Assembly (NCBI GenBank): GCA_964247055.1
Contig: OZ176057.1
Location: 4,712,001-4,776,000 of the forward strand
Length of the DNA: 64,000 nt
Source: Paragordius varius
Lineage: Eukaryota; Animalia; Nematomorpha
Reading direction: 5' to 3'
The translations under genes and the position numbers were made by a program. This document shows positions 51,232-64,000 of the stretch, piece after piece; the stretch's first letter is position 1, and each line of letters starts with the position of its first letter. Below the pieces are notes generated by a model. That model was not told where the DNA came from. It searched no databases and saw only the letters and a list, made by a program, of their open reading frames with translations.

Positions 51232-54200
51232 CAACTCAAATTTTTGAACAATTCAAATTTACCTTAATAATAAATCATGTGTTTCCGGGCTAATATAACT
51301 CATTATTAATATGAAATATATTTATATGGCATAGTTTATTTTTTTAGTATTATTTTTATTTAAAACGAATTCCCAGCTAATATTAGTAATTTTAAACATT
51401 TAGAAAAACATAATTTATTTTCAGGCTAAATTTGATGAATGGTTTAAAGGGGTTAATAAAAATAATTTAAGAGGGTCAATTCAAATAGTTCAAAGGCGTG
51501 AATTTACATTGGGAATGATATATTTATACATATACAGCGATGTAAGAACCGAAATATCTACGTTTCCACCCCCTATCTTGCGTATTAAAGGTGCCAAAGA
51601 AATATCTAAAAATGAACCATGCTTGTTGAATAAAAATAAAATTATCTCTCCTCCTATGTCTGAGGGATTTTGTTTAACAAAAATATCCATTTTTATGCCC
51701 CAATTATTCCAGGAAACTCAATCGAAATATGAACAAGCTTGTAAACTTATAGGAACCGATTCGCAAGGCTTACAAATGTGTAAATTATTAGGTAGTTATT
51801 TATTACATAAAAAATTTCTTTACCTTAGGTATGTCAGATATTTTTTTTAAGTAAATTATAATTTAGTAGATAATGGGATATCTAAAGCAATTTTTAGGTT
51901 GACCATTTTTTTTCCTAAAAAAACGATATTTTAGTATCATTTATTATGGTTAGATTTTTGGGTCGTCTAATTATACTATTTAAAGTTTATTGAATGATAA
52001 AAATAGATAGTATAATGCAATTAATACCTAAATATTAAATATTTTTTAAAAATTAACTTTTTGTAACTTTATTTAGGTTTAGTTTTAGATTCTCGAAAAA
52101 ATTAAATAAAAAATCATAAAATTAAATAAGCCTTTTTTTAACATAACATTATATATGTATATATAAATTAGAATACAGAAAAAAAAATATTTTTTTATAT
52201 GTTTTTAATTTGAGTAAAAAATGATATTATACGAAGACAAAACTTAAAAATATAAATGCAAATATTTTTTTCTAAAAAACAATTAACCATACTTTTTGAA
52301 TCTTTTTAACACTTCTCATGGTGTAAATTGGCACGATGTGAAATAGAGATTAACACAATCAATTCAAGATTTTACAAATGTAATTAAATAGCTTATATGG
52401 GATGTGAATTAGATATATTTATTACTAACAGAATCAATTTTATTTTTTACAGTAATTAAATAAATAGCTTATATAAGAAAAATTTGAGCGTTAAAAAAGT
52501 ATAGTTCTTGTCTTTTGAAAACTAAAATAATTCACCCTATATTTTTATATATTTTGTCCCCGTATAAAATTTCAATTTCTGACTGTCAATTTTTATTTTT
52601 TGTCATCCCTAGATGTGCCCAACACTAGGATGGGTGAAATATCAAAGGCATTTAAACATGGGAATATGTTAGATGAACTTGTTATGTGGTTATTCCAAAG
52701 TGAATTCCCTCAACCCCTAGTAACGTTACTCCTATCCCTGTTAAATGTTGAAAGCTTTGAAACTAATAATTTTGCCCAAAATCATTTAAACCTATTTTTA
52801 AAATGGTCTTGTTCCCGATATACCCAACTACTTAGTAGTGAAAATAAGTAATTTATCAGATAATTTTATACTTTTTTTATACGAAATTTATTTTATTTTA
52901 AGTATTATGTGCAATAAAATAGTGCTTATTTGCTAAGCAATATAAATTTCAAAAATCATCCGGAATTGGATTATACGTCTTGTTTTATAATTATAATATG
53001 AATGCATTTTCATAATCACTTATTACTGTGTCTACCAGCTTTTTAAAATAACTAGTCCCATAGTTTTTTTTTCATTAAAAAATAATATAACATAACGTAT
53101 TATTAGCAAATTATTTGAAAAAGATTATATTGAATTTTACATATTAAACAGCACTGATTGATTGGGTTACCTAAGTTTTTTTTCTATTTTATGCTATAAT
53201 TTGATTTTTACATAGCTATAGAATGATTAATTATGCATAACTCATCATATGTATAATTACCAATACTTATGAAAGTATTTTTTTTCAATAATGGATATAA
53301 AACAAAATGTTATATGAATAATTATTATGATTTTAACATTTTTTTAAACAAAAAAAATAATTTTTGCTTTTCAGAAACTCATTAACATTTGTTTGCTTTT
53401 TTAAAGCTAAAAATTAAAACAATTTTTCAGAAACTCATTAACATTTGTTTGCTTTTTTAAAGCGAAAAATTAATGCAAAAAAAAATAATTTTTGCTTTTC
53501 AGAAACTCAAATAATGAAAGTGGGAACCGCCGTCTTACATGGGATTATAAAAAGGCATTTGGTTTGGCTTTTGTGAAGCATTATGCATGTTTACCGCGCA
53601 TTTTAATGCGATCAGCTGATCCGGAGGGCGTCTCATCAAGATTGGTAAGTATACATATTTTAAAAACTAAAATTATATACGCACAAAACGTAAAAATATA
53701 TAACGACAAATGCTTTTTATGTCAAAGACAACCATACTTTTTAAAATCTTGATTTTTTTAATATATAGCTCATTGTTTTGAAACTGCAAAGTGAATAATT
53801 CATATTATTGGTAAAACAATCAATCAAATATTTTACGATTGTAATTATAAGATTTATATGAGAAAAATTAAGGAGGTTTAAAAAATGTATGGCTGTCTTT
53901 TAAAAACTAAAATAAATCTCCTTTATATTTACGTTTTGTCCGTATTTAACATTTTTTACAGTACATATTAATTCTAAAATTATCTCCCAATTCTTATACT
54001 ATAAATGTTAAGACTTATATATATACCATGTGCTATTCATATTCACCCCTGAACAATTCAAATTCACCTAAATTAAAGTATATGTTTTTTAAGAATTAAA
54101 ATTACCTATATTTTTAATATTTTTTAAAAAATGAAACTTTGTTTAAAATTAAAATAATACTGAAAAAATAATAAATTTTGTCATAAAGATATATTTAATT

Positions 54201-55193
54201 TTAATGATGAGTGTTAATTAGTTGCCCGAAAAAATTTATTTTTAGGATGAATTTGAATTGTTCAAGGGTGATATTTATTTATTATATGGGTAAGTTGCAA
54301 TATAATCATACATATGCTAAAAAAAATTTAGAAAAAGCAAGCAAATTTTTTTTGTGAAAACTCATTTTTTAACATTTTGACGTTTTTAAATAGATGGATA
54401 TATTTTCTTTAGACTGACTTTTTTTTCATTTAAATTGACGTCCCCTTCCCCCCTTTGTTTTATGATTTGAGATATCTATCTATATATAGAAAAAAGTTTC
54501 AAAATGTGCTAGAAAGAGTAATAATTAAAAATGATCTTTAGAATTTTTATTTTTATTGTTTTGATTTCTTTTATAGTTTCACATTAGCGTTCAACTCTTT
54601 AGCAATGAACAGTTATCGTATGAAATGGTTAAAGGACCTACTCAATTAATCCTTCTGAGCTTAAATAGCTTAAATTTACTCATACTACCCATATTAATAG
54701 CTTGTCAACTTAAAAAGGGCACACAACGTATATAATTTTTTTTTATATTTTTTTTCTAAAGTTAAAGATTTTATGTTATATAAATGTATTGACAATAAAA
54801 ATGATAATAACTAAGAGGGTAAACAATATAAAGTCCTCATTTTTATTTAATTGTACCATTTACGGCACCTTAAATTCACCCTCCAACAATTCAAATTTAC
54901 CCTAAAATAAATTATTTTATAAAATTTAAAATTACCTACTTTTTTTTATATCTTTTAAAGAAATGAAATTTTGTTTAGAATTAAGGTGTACTGAAAAAAA
55001 TAAACTATGTCATAAAGATATATTTCCTATTAATGATGAGTTATATGTGCTCTAAAACACATAATTTTAATCTTTAGGGTTAATTTGAATTGTAAATTTA
55101 TATGCCTGTTTTCAATTAAATCTTTATCTATTTTTTATTTTTAATTGTATTATACCTATATTTTATGTTTTTATATTATCTGCACCATACATT

Positions 55194-55237
<44 letters not shown>

Positions 55238-57092
55238 CATTTTCTACTGTGTATTTTTTACTGTTTAAGTTATGGTGATTGATTGTGGACATAGAATTAT
55301 GCAGAGTCATTCTTATTGGCCAATCGTTTCGGATTTGATCACGTTACTTTCTCACAAATCCATTTCTGATTGGTTCCTCGACAGCTGTGAAGAAAATAAT
55401 TTTTCTACAACGAATGAAAATTATAATTTTACAAATAATAATAATGTAATATGGATTTGGACTCATATATTGTATTATTTCCAGGGTTATATTTTATGGA
55501 TATTATACCATTTAAAATGTAAATTCACCCTTGAACAATTCAAATATACCCTAAAAGTATACATATGTTTTTCGGGCTAATTTAACTTATCATTATTGCA
55601 ATGAATATACCTCTATGGGCATAGTTTATTAGTTTTTCAGTATTACGTTTATATTAAACGAATTTTTATTTTTTCGCAAATTTAAAAAGTATGTATATAG
55701 GTAATTTTTAATATTTTCGAAAACACTTGATTTACTTTGAGGGTAAATTTGAATTGTTCAAGGGTGAATTTTAACTGTAAATGATATGAATATATATATA
55801 TTTGATTATTTCTCTATGGAAACGTTAATTACTTGATTGTTTTTTATTACTTCTTAGGAACTAACGCCAATAAACGACAATTGGAAACACATTTGGAATA
55901 TGAACCAAGGACATTTTACGTATCTTTTGCGGCCGAAATTGAAATGTGTTTAACACCCTTACTTGCTCTATTGTCGCATTGTAATTTTTATTATTGTAAT
56001 TATTATTATATACCATTTACAATTGACATAATCACCCTTGAACAATTCAAATTTATCCTTAAACAATTTAAATTCACCCTTGAACAATATAAATTCACCC
56101 TTGAACAACTCAAATTCCCCCTCGAACTATTCAAATTCACCCTTGAACTATTAAATCAACACCCTTGTACAACTCAAATTCACCACCCCAAAAAATAAAT
56201 GATGCGTTTTACGGGCGCATCTAATATAACTCATCATTATAACAATGAAATATATCTTTATTATGGCATAGTTTATTATTTTCCAATATTATATTGATTT
56301 TTAAACAAAATTTTATTTTTTTTAAAATATAAAATAATATAGATCATACCTAATCCTAAAAAACACATAATTTATTTGAGGGTGAATTTGAATCGTTCAA
56401 GGGTAATCGAAGTGTAAATGGTATATTAATTTTTAACTTTTCATATTTAACAGTAAAAATTGAAATTAGATACGGACAAAAACAACGTAAAAATTCATCA
56501 AATGAAAAACTTAAAAGATACAACCCCATACAGTATTTTAAATTCAATTCAAGTTTATTTCCTCCTTTAAATGTTATACGTATTGTTCTAGATTGTAAAA
56601 TAGCGAATATATATTTATTAATAAGACATTCAGTCAATTATATACCATTTACATTTCAAATTCACCCTTGAACAATTGAAATTCACCCTAAAAATGTCTC
56701 TTTTTAAGATTAAAAATTACCTATATTTTTTTTAATTTATAAAAAAAAATTACGTTTAAAATTAATATAATACTGAAAAAATAATAAACTATGCTAAGAT
56801 TTATTTCTTATTAATGATGAGTTATGTTAGCCCGAAAACACATAATTTATTTTTAGGGTAAATTTAATTGTTCAAGAGAATTTGAATTGTTTAAGGGTGG
56901 ATTTGAATTGTAAATGGTATATGATATAATCTAAAAATGTAATTTACTATTTTATATATGTAGGAAGAATTGAGGTTTCAACAAGTCAAGTTGTCTTTTA
57001 GAAAAATTTGTCTCTTTATATTTTTTATACATTTAATATGTAAAATTTCAATATCGTATTATAGCAAGTAAAATAAAATTTTACATACAAAA

Positions 57093-57147
<55 letters not shown>

Positions 57148-59964
57148 ATTTAAAAAATAGTTAAAAGTTAAATTTTTTTGGTTTATGAAAAATTTATATC
57201 TAAGAACAAAACAAAAAAATATATAATTTTGTAATTACGGGAAAAATAAAAATTTATTTATAAAAACATTTATATCGCAAATACATTGATAAATAATTAT
57301 CCAAATACTATGTTTTGATTAATCAATTATTCTTCTTTTAATCACACAATGAAGTAAATTATATAAACTTTTTTGACTGTATTATATATTTATATATATA
57401 TATATATATATATATAATTTAAAAATTTCCAGTATAGTGTTTTTTTGTAAAAAAATTATTTATAATTATGAATGAAATCTGATGTATGAATTAATATGAT
57501 TTTTACACGCTGCCTTAAGACCTCAAAGGACAAATATTTTTAGTATATCGTTCTTTTTTTTCAATAAAAATTATATCAGCAAGAAATCAATTTAAAAAGA
57601 TAAATAAAATAAAATGTACAGTTATAATTGAAATTTTATACGGGGACAAAACGTAAAAATATATGAAAAAAAACATTTTTTTCAAAAGAGATAACCATAT
57701 TTTTAATAACGTAATTTTTTAAATATAACTCCTTGTTTTTTTAACCGTAAAGTTATCAAACAGAAATGTATATTGGTAAAACAATCAGTTTTATCATTAA
57801 CGATTTTAATGATTTAAATGAGAAAAATTCAGTTTTAAAACGTATGGGCGCGCTTTTATAAAAAAAATATTTGTGTTTAAATTTTTACGTTTTGTCCCCG
57901 TATAAAATCAATTTTTACTGTATTTGACTTTAAAAATTTAATAATTTTCATGTTTTTGATTTTGATATATTATAAATTTTTTATAGATGATACAAAAGAA
58001 GTTATATTAACTACTGAGAATATTTGTGGTAACAATAATGAAACATATTCATTGGCTAAATTTATGAATTTATTGCATCACGTGCTCTTGATCCTTACTG
58101 ATTGGCTGGAAAACCTTGATTGCTTGCCGGATGATTTGAATGTATACCAAAAATATAAAATATATATATTAATTTTTGCTAAAGCTCCATATATATTTGT
58201 AAAAAGTATAAAAATTTAAGTTATATATATAATTTTAAGTAAGTTTTTTTATATACTTATATTTGTATATGAATACGAATTCAAATTCACGAATAAATTT
58301 TGTTTTTGGGTTAATATAACTCCTCGTTAATATTAATTAAATATAACTTTATGACATAGTTTATTATGTATTATTATAAATTATGTTGATTTTAAACGAT
58401 ATTTTATTATTTTTCCAAAAATTTCAAAAAAATATAGGTAATTTTTTCGATTAACATAAACACATCATATATTTTAATATCAATTTTATAATTTGTAAGA
58501 TGAGTGAATTTAAGGCAGTAATCCTTTGTATTGAGCAATAAACTCCTTAAAGTATATGTTATGTTTTCCAATTTTCACATAAGATTTTAGTTTTATTCGA
58601 CATATAAAATATGTTAAATAAAATATTTGCATAAATTTACTGGTTATGCGTGGGTATTTTAGAGATCCCATATAATGAACTAAAAAATAATGAAAAAAAA
58701 CGTAAATTTTAAAATATTGTTACAATTCAAATTCACCCTAAAAATAAATTATGTGTTTTCGAACTAATATAACTCATTATTAATATAAAATATACCTTTA
58801 TGGCATAATTATTTATTTTTTTCAGTATTATTTTAATAAAACAAAATTTTATTTTTTAAAAATATATTAAAATATAGGTAATTTTTAATCTTAAAAAACA
58901 TGTTATTTATTTGAGGGTGAATTTGAATTGTTCGAGGGTAGATTTGAATTGTTTAAGGGTGAATTTGAACTGTAAATGGTATATATATATTACTAAAATA
59001 AAATTGGGGTAAAATTCAGTATAAATTGTTTGTCAATATAATTTAAAAAACATTAATTAAACATATAAACGATATTAAATTGCTAGCGTGATAGCCCTTA
59101 AATAAATGCTAAATAAACTTACAGTCATGTATTCTTTATTTTATCAAAAAAAAATTTTTCTGTTAAATGGATAAAAATATTTCGTAAAGAATGGAAAAAA
59201 CAAGAGCTCTATGGTGTTAAAAATACTATCATATTCATCAAAAAATATAAAAATTACCATAGAGCTCTTGTTTTTCCATTCTTTACCAAATATTTAACAG
59301 ACCCATTTAACGAAAAAAATAAATTTTTGCTAAAATAAAGGATACATGACTGTACTCTATTACTTAATATATATATATATATATATATCAGATAAATTTT
59401 TAATTTTAGATTGAAACGATGCCAAAAATACTACGGAAAGAAGGCTTGACACAATCAAATTCCCACAATGATAATATTTGCCACACCTATTCTCATACAG
59501 ATAATAAATTTGAAATAGTTAAACTTAAACATAAAAATACGAATTATACAAATGTGGTACAAATATCGGATAATATATTCAGTTTTCATATCCCACTACA
59601 TAGATATCTTGCCCATATTTTAATCACAGTATGTTTTAAACAAAATACCTCTAATTACCAAAGTTATGATAAAAATAATGTTAATAATATGTCGGAACCT
59701 AATCATATATTAACGTATCTAACGCGACATTGCCCACCTAAAACGCATATCAAAACTTATCTTAAAGCTTTATTTTTGCACCCTTTGACGATTCAGGTGA
59801 TGATATTTTATTGTTATTCTTAAATTATAAAAAAATTACACAAATTTCATTTAAATAGTTGATTACCATATCCGATCAAATTGATGCTTGAAAAATTCAA
59901 ATTCACCCTCGAACAATCCAAAATTTACCCTAAATTATGTTTTTTAAGATTTATTACCTATATA

Positions 59965-60008
<44 letters not shown>

Positions 60009-62820
60009 ACTAAGCCATAAACATATATTTTCACATAAATGATGAGTATATATTAGCCCGAAAACCTATGTTTTATACTTAGCGTGAATTTGAATTGTTC
60101 AAAAGTGAATTTGAATTGTAAATGGTGTGTAATGAATTTTATTTGAAACATACAATTAATTGGCCAAATTTTGAAGGTTTATGGTTAATAATAGTATTTT
60201 TTCCTTTGCCATTAATTGTTGGCCTTTTTACCTTATAATCCCACTTTGAAAAATATAATTTTATAATTTACATTTTCGAATATTTGGGAATAAAATTACG
60301 TTAATAGCCAGCCTTTGGGTTAGAATTGTTAGGATATACCTAGTTAGTTATTTCAACAAATTTAACTTTTTTTAATGAAACTTTTTATCAAATTAAACTC
60401 TAAATTTCAAAGTTATTTAGTTGTTTCATATATTAAAATATATTCATGATTGGGGTAGCTTTATTAAAAAATTTTGCTGGTATCGAGTTAGAAATGTTTA
60501 GGTATACTTTAAATAGTTATATTACCAAAATTTAACCTATTTCTTGAAATTTCATATCATTCATATTAATATCTTTGCTCTTTTCTATATAATTTCATTT
60601 AAACATTTATTTTTTTGAAGGGAATAAAGGTAGCTTTATAAGAAATGCATTCTGGGTTAATTGGGTTAATAATGGTCAGATCTACTTTAGTTAGTCAATT
60701 TAACAATTTTTAGTTATTTTGTAGTTGAAATTTCACATAATATTAATATCTTTGCGTTTTTCGGTTATAATTTCCATTTTAACATTCTTTTTTTGGGGCA
60801 AATAAAGGTAGTTATATCTGAAATACATTTTGGTTTCATTGGGTTAGAAATGTTCGAATATACTTAAGTTAGTTATTTTAACAATTTAACCTATTTCTTG
60901 AAATTTTTTATCATTCGTAAAAATATGTTTGCGTTTTTTTTTCATAATTCCAATTTAACATTCTTTTTTTGGGGCGAAAGGTGGTTTTAATAGAAATAAT
61001 GCTGATGTCATTGGGTTAGAAATGTTCGGATATATAGTTAGTTATTTTTACAATTTTAACCTATTTTATTGAAATTTTTTATCATTCATAAAAATCTTGG
61101 CGTTTTCTTTTATACATTTAGAAATACATTCTGGTGTCATTTGGTTAGTAATGCTCAGATATACTTTAGTTTTAGTTATTTAACAAATTTTACTAATTCT
61201 GTAGTTGAAATTTCACATCATTTATATTAGTATCTTTACGTTTTTATTTTATAATTTCAAATATAATATAATATATATATATATAATATTATATTATTTG
61301 GTTAATTAAGGTAGCGTTATCAGAAATCCATGCTGGTCTTTGGGTTAGAAATGGTACTCAAATACGAACTCAAGCTTTGGCTTATCAACAAACCACCCTA
61401 TTATCAACTATGTTTTGGCCTGATATATTTTTAATACAGGTTTATATATTAATAATATACCATTTACGATTCAAATTCACCCTAGAACTATTTAAACTCA
61501 CCCTAGAACAATTAAATTCACCTTTGAATAATTTAAACTCACTTTCAAATAAATGGATTTTTTTTTAAATCAAAAATTACCTATATTTTGATTTTTTTAA
61601 AAAAAATATTTTGTTTAAAATTAAAATTATACTGAAAAAATAATAAACTATGTCATGAAGGTATATTTCATATTAATAATGAGTTATATTAGTTCGAAAA
61701 GACATTGATTTTTAGGGTGAATTTAAATTGTTCGAGGGTGAATGTGAATTGTTCATGAGTGAATTTGAACTGTAAATGGTATATATAAAGGTTGGGTTTA
61801 AATATCATTTTTTTGCAAAATAATTATATATTTTAACTTCGATACCTTTTTTTAATTTATTCATTAACATTTTCGTTTCCTTAGATTGATAAGGTATAAT
61901 TTTAATTCATTATAAAATATCAAAAATTTTATATTTTTGTAATATTTTTTTTTTATAAAAATATTATTTTACTTTATTTTATTTCTTGTTTTTAGCTTAT
62001 GGCTTCATTTTTACCAGCAAATGAATTTACTGAATATGTGATATCTAGGTATCTTAATATATATTATATATATATATATATGTTTATTTATATTTTGGTA
62101 TTTTCGAATAAAAAAAAGGTCAATTATTACGGTAAAAATTGACAAATTCTGCGGAGGGCAAAAATTAAAAATATAAAGTCAAATATTTTTTTTAAAATAC
62201 ACCTAATTATACTTTTTTAATTTTTTTAAATAGCGACTGCAAAGTATAAAATAGAGATGTATACCATTTACAATCCATATTCACCCAATAAAAATATATT
62301 ATGCGTTTTCAAATTAACATAATTCATAATTAATATGAAATATATTTTAAGGTTTATTATTTTTACCATTATATAAAGTTTAAACAGAATTTTATATTTT
62401 ATTATTAAAAAATAAAGGTAATTTTTGATCTTAAAAAAACACATAATTTATTTTAGGGTGATTTTGAATTGTTTAAGAGTGAATTTGAATTATTTAACGG
62501 TGAATTTGTATTAATGGTATGTATTGTGGTAACACAATCAATTCTATTTTTTACGATTGTATTTAAACGATGTTTATTAAGAATTAAAGTTTAAAAAGTT
62601 GGGTTGGTTTTCTTTTGAGAATAAAATTTTAGTCTTTAAATTTTTACTTTTTGTCTCCCCATATATAATTTCAATTTTTACTATAGTTTATAGGTTTGAA
62701 ATATATGAATCATTATATTTTTTGATTATATTATAATTTATTCAATTTTTTACAGTTACGGCTTATCCAGTACAAATGATATGCTTGCTATTCAAACGAA
62801 TACGCAAATTACAGAAAATG
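46307..62820 (+). CDS. UBR3: E3 ubiquitin-protein ligase UBR3, 5' portion (17 exons; gene continues past the window)
   Basis: UBR box CGLIW...[19 protein letters not shown]...[13 protein letters not shown]; [15 protein letters not shown]; [10 protein letters not shown]; YWPIVSD; FAAEIE; SFHIPLHRY; WVRNG. Exons 46307-46535, 47719-47947, 48542-48699, 49418-49501, 50435-50506, 50909-51062, 51538-51791, 52613-52847, 53503-53644, 54577-54727, 55270-55485, 55858-55980, 57987-58141, 59410-59796, 61311-61439, 61996-62048, 62756-62820; phases chain. Confidence 0.93.
59122..59352. mobile_element. 231-bp MITE derived from the CAGTCATGTA Tc1-like family
   Basis: CAGTCATGTA...TACATGACTG, TA flanks, ~100-bp TIRs including caagagctctatgg, matching the TIRs at 16267 and 23250. 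Confidence 0.85.
60300..61200 (+). repeat. ~170-bp tandem array derived from the UBR3 exon-15 splice acceptor and 5' end
   Basis: A gggttagaaatg-like core at 60317, 60485, 60663, 60841, 61013, 61142 and in the true exon at 61342; units carry aagGTAG(C/T)TTTAT..GAAAT.CAT.CTGG. Confidence 0.8.
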
Positions 62821-64000
62821 GTACATATAACAGAATACAGGGATTTTTAATTCTTACCTTGGGCCTTATTTCTTATCGAGATTTTATGGGTAATATGCTT
62901 ATATACATATATATATATATATTTAAAATAGTTAATATTTTTTAATCGATTTGGTATTTATTTAATCTACTATTTAAACTTCAAAAACATAATAAAATGT
63001 CGATTAAAATAAAATTACAACTGAAAAATTATAAACTATGCCATAAAGATATATTTCACATTAAACGATGATTATATTAGAATCAGTTCGAAAACACATT
63101 ATTTAATTTAAGGGTGAATTTGCATAGTAAATGATATATCATATAAAAAATAATGTTTTTTATCCTTCTTAACAATTTATATTTAATATTTTTTCTACCA
63201 TTGATGATTATATACCATTTACAATTCAAAAATACCCTTGAACAATTCAAATTTACCCTCGAACAATTTAAATTCACCCTAAAAATAATTTATGTGTTTT
63301 CACGCAAAATTAATATTAAATATATTTTACATAGCTTATTATTTTTATATTAATTTTAAACAGAATTCATATTTAAATATTATAAAATAAACATAATTTA
63401 GTCTAAAAAATTACCGAATTTATTTTATGATGAATTGTTGAAGGGTGAATTTGAACTGTAAATGGTATATCATATGTTATCTTTTTAAATTATTTCCCAC
63501 ATATTAATTTATAAATTAGGTATTTTCTCTATAATCGTATTATTAAAATGGCAAATTTTTTAGTTTTATACAGTATGCATTTTAATGATTGCTTATTTCA
63601 CATTATAGTAGGGCAATTTGCAACACAACACAGTAGTGTATGGAAAAAACAACAAAATGTTGAATAAACAATTTATTTCTTTCGTTTTTCCATACACTCC
63701 TGTGTTGCGAATTGTTCTACTATAGTGTGAAATTAACAAAAAAAACTATAAAACATTTATTCTGCCCTTTGTTGTATTTATTATTTGGAAATAATTAATA
63801 ATTTTCTAGCGATAACTTACTCATACTGTATATATATATATATATATATATATATTTACTTATATGTATTATTATATTTTTTTATAGAATCAATTATATA
63901 TACATATATATATATATATAAATCTATTTTGTTGCTTTTTAATATTTTCACCATAACTTTAACTATAAATTTACTTGATTTACACTTAAAGTTTTACCAC

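Larger units (their letters stand above)
47985..62665. mobile_element. MITE family 2 (TACGGACAAAACGT TIR, ~260 bp): copies at ~47985-48245, 52228-52565, 53677-53945, 57638-57903, 62150-62665
   Basis: gacaaaacgtaaaa...acgttttgtccgta inverted ends with similar internal sequence (gataaccatacttttt...gtatattggtaa...gagaaaaatt). Confidence 0.75.
48937..63466. mobile_element. Cluster of about 15 TACCATTT MITEs in UBR3 introns
   Basis: Clear copies at 55506-55786, 56011-56423, 56643-56919, ~58725-58981, ~59864-60126, 61458-61781, 62262-62519, 63213-63466; partial copies at ~48937, 49792, 51245, 54024, 54854, 58278, 62960. All carry caattcaaattcacccttgaa subrepeats. Confidence 0.9.
2713..63856. repeat. 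Dispersed (TA)n microsatellites (range spans first to last tract)
   Basis: Approximate tracts: 2713-2764, 12267-12316, 18507-18546, 22697-22727, 25223-25250, 37565-37598, 44194-44212, 50745-50776, 51186-51226, 55197-55231, 57097-57144, 57393-57416, 59973-60004, 63830-63856. Confidence 0.95.

Noticed and set aside
55833-56423. Repeat-spacer-like arrays and ORFs with EQFKFTL repeats (also 39475-40054, 61377-61568, 63083-63353)
   Set aside because: These are 21-bp subrepeats of MITE TIRs with no unique spacers or cas genes. They are not CRISPR and not real repeat proteins.
56930-57000. Possible extra UBR3 exon (gtag|gaagaattgagg...)
   Set aside because: Exons 12 and 13 already join in phase, and no convincing donor or conserved motif was seen.

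Overview
This is very AT-rich, repeat-dense animal (invertebrate-type) genomic DNA with GT-AG introns; the taxon cannot be determined from the sequence. I reconstructed four spliced host genes by hand, and their exon phases chain correctly. Two are paralogous trypsin-like S1A serine proteases on the - strand (9538-14598 and 35511-41065), lying in a ~9 kb segmental duplication. One is an intact 5-exon gene for a ~259-aa secreted protein with two fibronectin type III-like modules (- strand, 18585-20326). The fourth is the 5' part (17 exons) of the E3 ligase UBR3 (+ strand, 46307 to beyond the window end). The rest is transposon debris: Gypsy LTR, RTE-type LINEs, hAT, mariner, Tc1/IS630-like elements, a Helitron end, several MITE families, satellites and (TA)n tracts. 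Top finding: the FN3 gene lies between two direct copies of a CAGTCATGTAG-ended Tc1-like element. The whole 8.5 kb block (16267-24763) is flanked by a TA duplication at a site that is empty in the paralogous copy (TA at 42796-42797). This looks like a eukaryotic composite transposon that moved an intact host gene. Also notable: a tandem array built from the splice acceptor and start of a UBR3 exon, and UBR3 introns inflated by stacked MITEs.
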